Of a stretch of 40,367 bases of DNA, positions 36,201-40,367 are shown piece by piece. The notes under the pieces are model-generated. The model saw nothing but the letters and a program-made list of their open reading frames with translations. It was not told the origin of the DNA and searched no databases. The translations under genes were made by a program, and so were the position numbers. How positions within the stretch are numbered: position 1 is the stretch's first letter; each line of letters begins with the position of its first letter. Origin of the DNA: Diploschistes diacapsis (lineage: Eukaryota); the NCBI GenBank assembly GCA_023645945.1, contig JALAIB010000050.1, forward strand, positions 1 through 40,367, read 5' to 3'.

Positions 36201-39200
36201 ATTAACAATACAGACATGATATGTTGCTCTCTAAGCGATCGAGGCGTAGGTATATAGACGATCTCTATGGACAATGCCAGATCAAGGAACAAATTGCTTC
36301 TATCATAGCCTAGCCATGGAGCGGAGCTTCTTGGTACATGAGTATGTCACGCATATTTTAGTGGAATAACCAAACGCGCTGGGCGTCTCCCTAAGCTCGG
36401 TACCATTAGGACTGAACTAACGGGGCCCTCCAGTTAGAACTATTAAGGCACCAATCCGCTTCGAAGAAGCTGGAGGACATGAATTTTAGGAGAGACCTTC
36501 TGGAGCAGTCTCTACTATATACAGTGGTGTCCAGCCTCCTTTAGTACCGCGAAACAAACCATTAAAACACTGAAGCCTTCAACTTCAGCTGTCTAGGCCA
36601 TGCTTTATTACCTCAGTTCCATATCTACAGCCTAAAATAGGAAACAAGCGATAATATCCTTTCCTACTCCGGCAAGGTTCAGCGCCTGTTTCTGTTGCCT
36701 AAGTCAGGCTGAGAGCCATGAAGTGATGGATTTAACATCTGCAAACGCTCCTCGAAGGATCTGCGTGATGGCCTCAGACATGAGCTTACTCTACGGCTTG
36801 TGCCCAGCTTTGATTAGTATTGGGTTAAGTACCGCTCTCTAATGAGTCTGCAAGCCAGCCATGTATGGCAGACACATTGGTCGAGTCTCTATTTTTACGA
36901 TGATCAGCGAAGCTATAATAGCGGCAATTGCAAAAAGCGTAAATTCAGTGGCACGTGATTCTGGACTGTGACAGGCAGTCGCTTCGAATACGTCTGGCTA
37001 CCTGCAGCATCTCCCGACAGATTCCATTAAGAAGCCGGCCCGTGTATTGGAACATGCTCTTAACAGCTGGAGACGCCTATGGTTAGTCTACAGGCTTATC
37101 TCTAGCGTCTCTAACGTCTTTGAATGCTTAATGTCCCAGTAGGCTGCAGAGTAACACCTTCATGAACAATAAGCCCTTGCTGTTGAGAACCGTATGGAGT
37201 TAGTTTTTTATCAATAATGCATCAACACCTGATTACCGGGCCTAAGTAAGTGGCCGAAGGCCCAGAAGAACTAGGCTCCGTAGTCAAGGTACTGAAACCT
37301 TTGATGGATCTTGATATTGCAATCGCCACCCGCCGAGATACGAGCCGACAGAGATCAGGTGCTGTTTACCACGTTGCAGAACATGCATTTTAGAAATCAG
37401 TGGGATACCGGTCACGGACGTCGATTGAATTGGGCCGGGATCTGACTTTGGCCTCAAACCAAAGCTAAAAGCAATGTTGCACTTCTTTTGTGCTCTTTAC
37501 ATGCTTTCATTAGGAGAAGTTCAAGCTATTCCAGAAGCCAACCAGACTTCTTCTAGTTGAAACTGATCATGACAAGCAGAGACGAGATACAAACCTACCT
37601 CGATATCGAACTTCATGCCAGTGCCGGGGTGGAGGACTAAAACAGCACTTTGATCATGCTAACGACTTCAATCTTGGCCGACTAGATATAGCAATCGAAG
37701 AGCCTAGACTTATATATGATCACATGCTTAGGCTGGCTCTTCCTACTACTCAAAGCAGTGTGTGTTGGCATAGTAAACACCGAGGAACTTAATGAGGCAT
37801 GGCATCAGAATCTTTCAGGCTTCTCTAGAAGCTCTAACGCCTTATCTTATACCGGAAATGATACAGGCGCTCGGTTTGCTTGAGTTTTCTGTAATGACTC
37901 ATCTCTTACCGAAATCACCAATAGATATCGATGCAGTAAGAACACACATTAGCTGCATCTAAAAAATGTCAGGATGTCTAAGTAATGAGAATTATATGTA
38001 CCAACCCTCCGGCTATGAAGTTGGGACTCAGACTTCCTTTATTCCTCATCTTTCTCGACTCTAAAGACGAGCAAAGGTTCGAACATCGCCTCCGATGCGG
38101 TTTCAAGTCCGATTTGTTGCCCAGTTTTCTACATGAAACGTGAACCTGCGGTAACATCTGTCTCTTATGGTAAGTTTCTCAGTACTAGCTTTGTGCTAGG
38201 CGATATCTTATAACCTCTGGAGGTTTTGGAAAAGTGTTGACAGGAAGCTACCCTGAATTCCCAAAACACGTTTGTCTGCTCGCATGTTTACAAGGGGCCT
38301 ATGCTTGTTTCACTCTTTTGTGATTTTAATTGGCGTCGTGGTCCTGAAGAGTGCCATCAAGGTTCGATACCCGCAGGTACCCGTCATGAGGAGGGTGGGA
38401 AGACCCCTAAGGATTTTGAGATATGCTGCAGTCATGAGAATATATCACCGGACCGTTTCTCGGAGATCAGTCCGTTCACCATAGCAGTTGAAACGTTTCT
38501 ATCAGGAATTGGATCCTGCAAACAAAGTTCATCATTTTGTCGACTGGCGTAGACGGAGACAAGAGACTATGATGGCGATCCTTGGAGGAGAAGCCTATGG
38601 ACAATAGACTCAGGCTTGGGCCATCTTGTTAATTTCGAGAAACTGTAGGAAAGCACCTGAGGTTGGATGATACTGCACCATCCCCGGGCTCACCAGGTGA
38701 TACTGACGTAGGAAAAAGAAAGCAACAACACGTGCAGGAGTGAAATCATTTCCAGGCGTTGGATAGGGCGATAAGAAGAGGTTATATGCAGCTTTGAAAG
38801 AATTTGCTGTGACGATAGATTGGAACCTCGGTCCGGCCTTAACATTGTTTCAAGAGATAGTTATAACTTGGTTCTATATAAGGGATCATTATCCTGGAGT
38901 AGCGTGAGAGGCAGGACTCTCCCAGGATTGAATGAGCCCTCTGAAGTGATTTCAACCATCTTCGAACAATTCACAGAACTCCATGTTTACTACTAATGCC
39001 GCTCGAGTTGTCGCCGTTGCTAGGAGATGCTTTCAATGAGAACGGGTATGTGGATGTAGAAATTTGAAAATGATGCCTGCCGCAACCACGAAGCTGCAAA
39101 GCCATTTCCCAGGAATGCAACAAGAGGGCATCGCTTAAATGGCAAAGTTCTCCACAAGAAAGGAACGCTATCTCCCAATGCATGGACTTAGGAAATATTC

Positions 39201-39249
39201 CCCCTTTTGGCTGCAGCGCTTCTAACTCTGTTAGAATCGGGTAGATTGA

Positions 39250-40367
39250 GTAGCACCTCTTCCATTTACACTGAACTCAACTTTCTAGGAATTTGATTCC
39301 GAATCAGCGTTAAGATAGAGTAATAAACCCTAATTTCTCTGTTCTTTTTGTGAGGACAGGTAATCTGAGTTTAATAACCTCTACAATCCACCGTATCCGC
39401 GTTCATACTTCTGAAATTTCGACGTTTTTAAAGGCGAGGATACAAATTCCTTAAGAATATAGGGTCTTATAATATACATTAATAAACTCTAACAAAAACC
39501 ACGAGGGCACGAAAAACGTTAATGAACAACTGGCCGTCGGTGTAGTAGCTATAGTGCTACTAGGGAGAGTCGCTTGTTCTTGCTGGGCTCGCTTGTCCCT
39601 GCCCTCGCTGGCGTCGCCTGTGACGCCATGGGACATGATGCTATTGGGCATCTACCCGCTTAGTAGCTACAATGGTAGCTATAAAGAGCTCGATGATAGC
39701 CATAACTTTTAGAATATATCTTTATTTCATAAATTAATTTAAATTAATATTAATAAATGATAGCAACGATTGGACGACTAATCCTAGAACAATTTGAGCT
39801 CCAGTAGCAAGTTTCTGTCTGTATCTAGTTCATGTATTGAACCAGAGTTCGAAGGAATTTCCCTTTTACCCCCTATCTACAGCTATCAGAGCCTGGCTCT
39901 GTACACTGCTTTGTCCTCCTTTCCTCTTTTTAACTAGGTTATAATCAAGTTCTAGTTATATGTGTCGACCCCGTCCTCGGTTAATTTACGGCTAATTTAA
40001 ATCTAATTTAAAGCTATTAACTATCATCTAATATCTCGGAAGGCACCTTTAATTAGGATTTCCTAGATCTATTATACCTGGAAGTATTAGATATCGAGAG
40101 TAAACTAGTTCATTAACCTAGCTTAAACCGGACCAGAGGACAGCTTTCTAGATTAACTATCTTAGAAAGAAGTATCCATATTAGAATTACTAACTAAAAA
40201 ACAACGAAATAACTTCATTCTAAGAACCTTACAACTACTGTATTATATATAAGCTGGAAACCAGTTCCGGGGTTCGAAAAATTATCTACCTATCTTTCAA
40301 TAAATCGTCCGTAATTACGAACATCCTTTATTAATAATTAAAAAACAATAAAAGTTTAATCGAAAAC
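39250..40367. repeat. AT-rich, TpA-enriched, stop-riddled sequence typical of RIP-mutated repeat DNA; continues beyond the window
   Basis: Visibly high AT content (e.g. ATAAATTAATTTAAATTAATATTAATAAAT), abundant TAG/TAA/CTA and no credible ORF. RIP indices were not computed. Confidence 0.6.

Noticed and set aside
38356..38378. GGTTCGATACC resembling a tRNA T-loop (also GGTTCGAA at ~38076 and ~40271)
   Set aside because: No T-stem pairing or cloverleaf. No tRNA, rRNA or snRNA was recognised anywhere in the window.
38489..38660. Fragment ..GGEAYGQ*TQAWAILLISRN, loosely like telomere-linked helicase-associated/DUF3505-type sequence
   Set aside because: The similarity is too weak and the expected downstream motifs are not visible.
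22600..40367. Starship/giant transposon, secondary-metabolite cluster or CRISPR-like array
   Set aside because: No DUF3435 tyrosine-recombinase captain, cargo genes, PKS/NRPS motifs or spaced repeats were seen.

Overview
Eukaryotic DNA from a filamentous ascomycete (Pezizomycotina), judged from short GT-AG introns with CTRAY branch points and from the protein families present. The left ~22.5 kb is a dense block of ten intron-containing genes whose exon structures I rebuilt by hand: a multi-AT-hook protein, 14-3-3, the mitochondrial ATPase inhibitor, nucleoporin Nsp1, a Laa2/DUF5102-type AP-1 accessory protein, NDUFAF3, the PP4 regulatory subunit R2, a UPF0658-like membrane protein, Npr2 and a PXB/DUF3818 protein. 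From ~22.6 kb to the end there is no intact recognisable gene. That half holds decayed coding relics, a heavily eroded Ty3/Gypsy pol, an intact 209-bp pogo/Fot1-type MITE that interrupts an ORF, and an AT/TpA-rich, RIP-like right end. The most interesting signals are: (i) a candidate AUU-initiated 45-aa N-terminal extension of the UPF0658-like gene, in strong initiation context; (ii) a chain of canonical introns in apparently non-coding DNA between the 14-3-3 stop and the AT-hook start; (iii) the hairpin-forming MITE and the ORF restored when it is removed; (iv) a triple ~37-aa repeat module in the Laa2-like protein. No database searches were run, so family calls rest on motif recognition.
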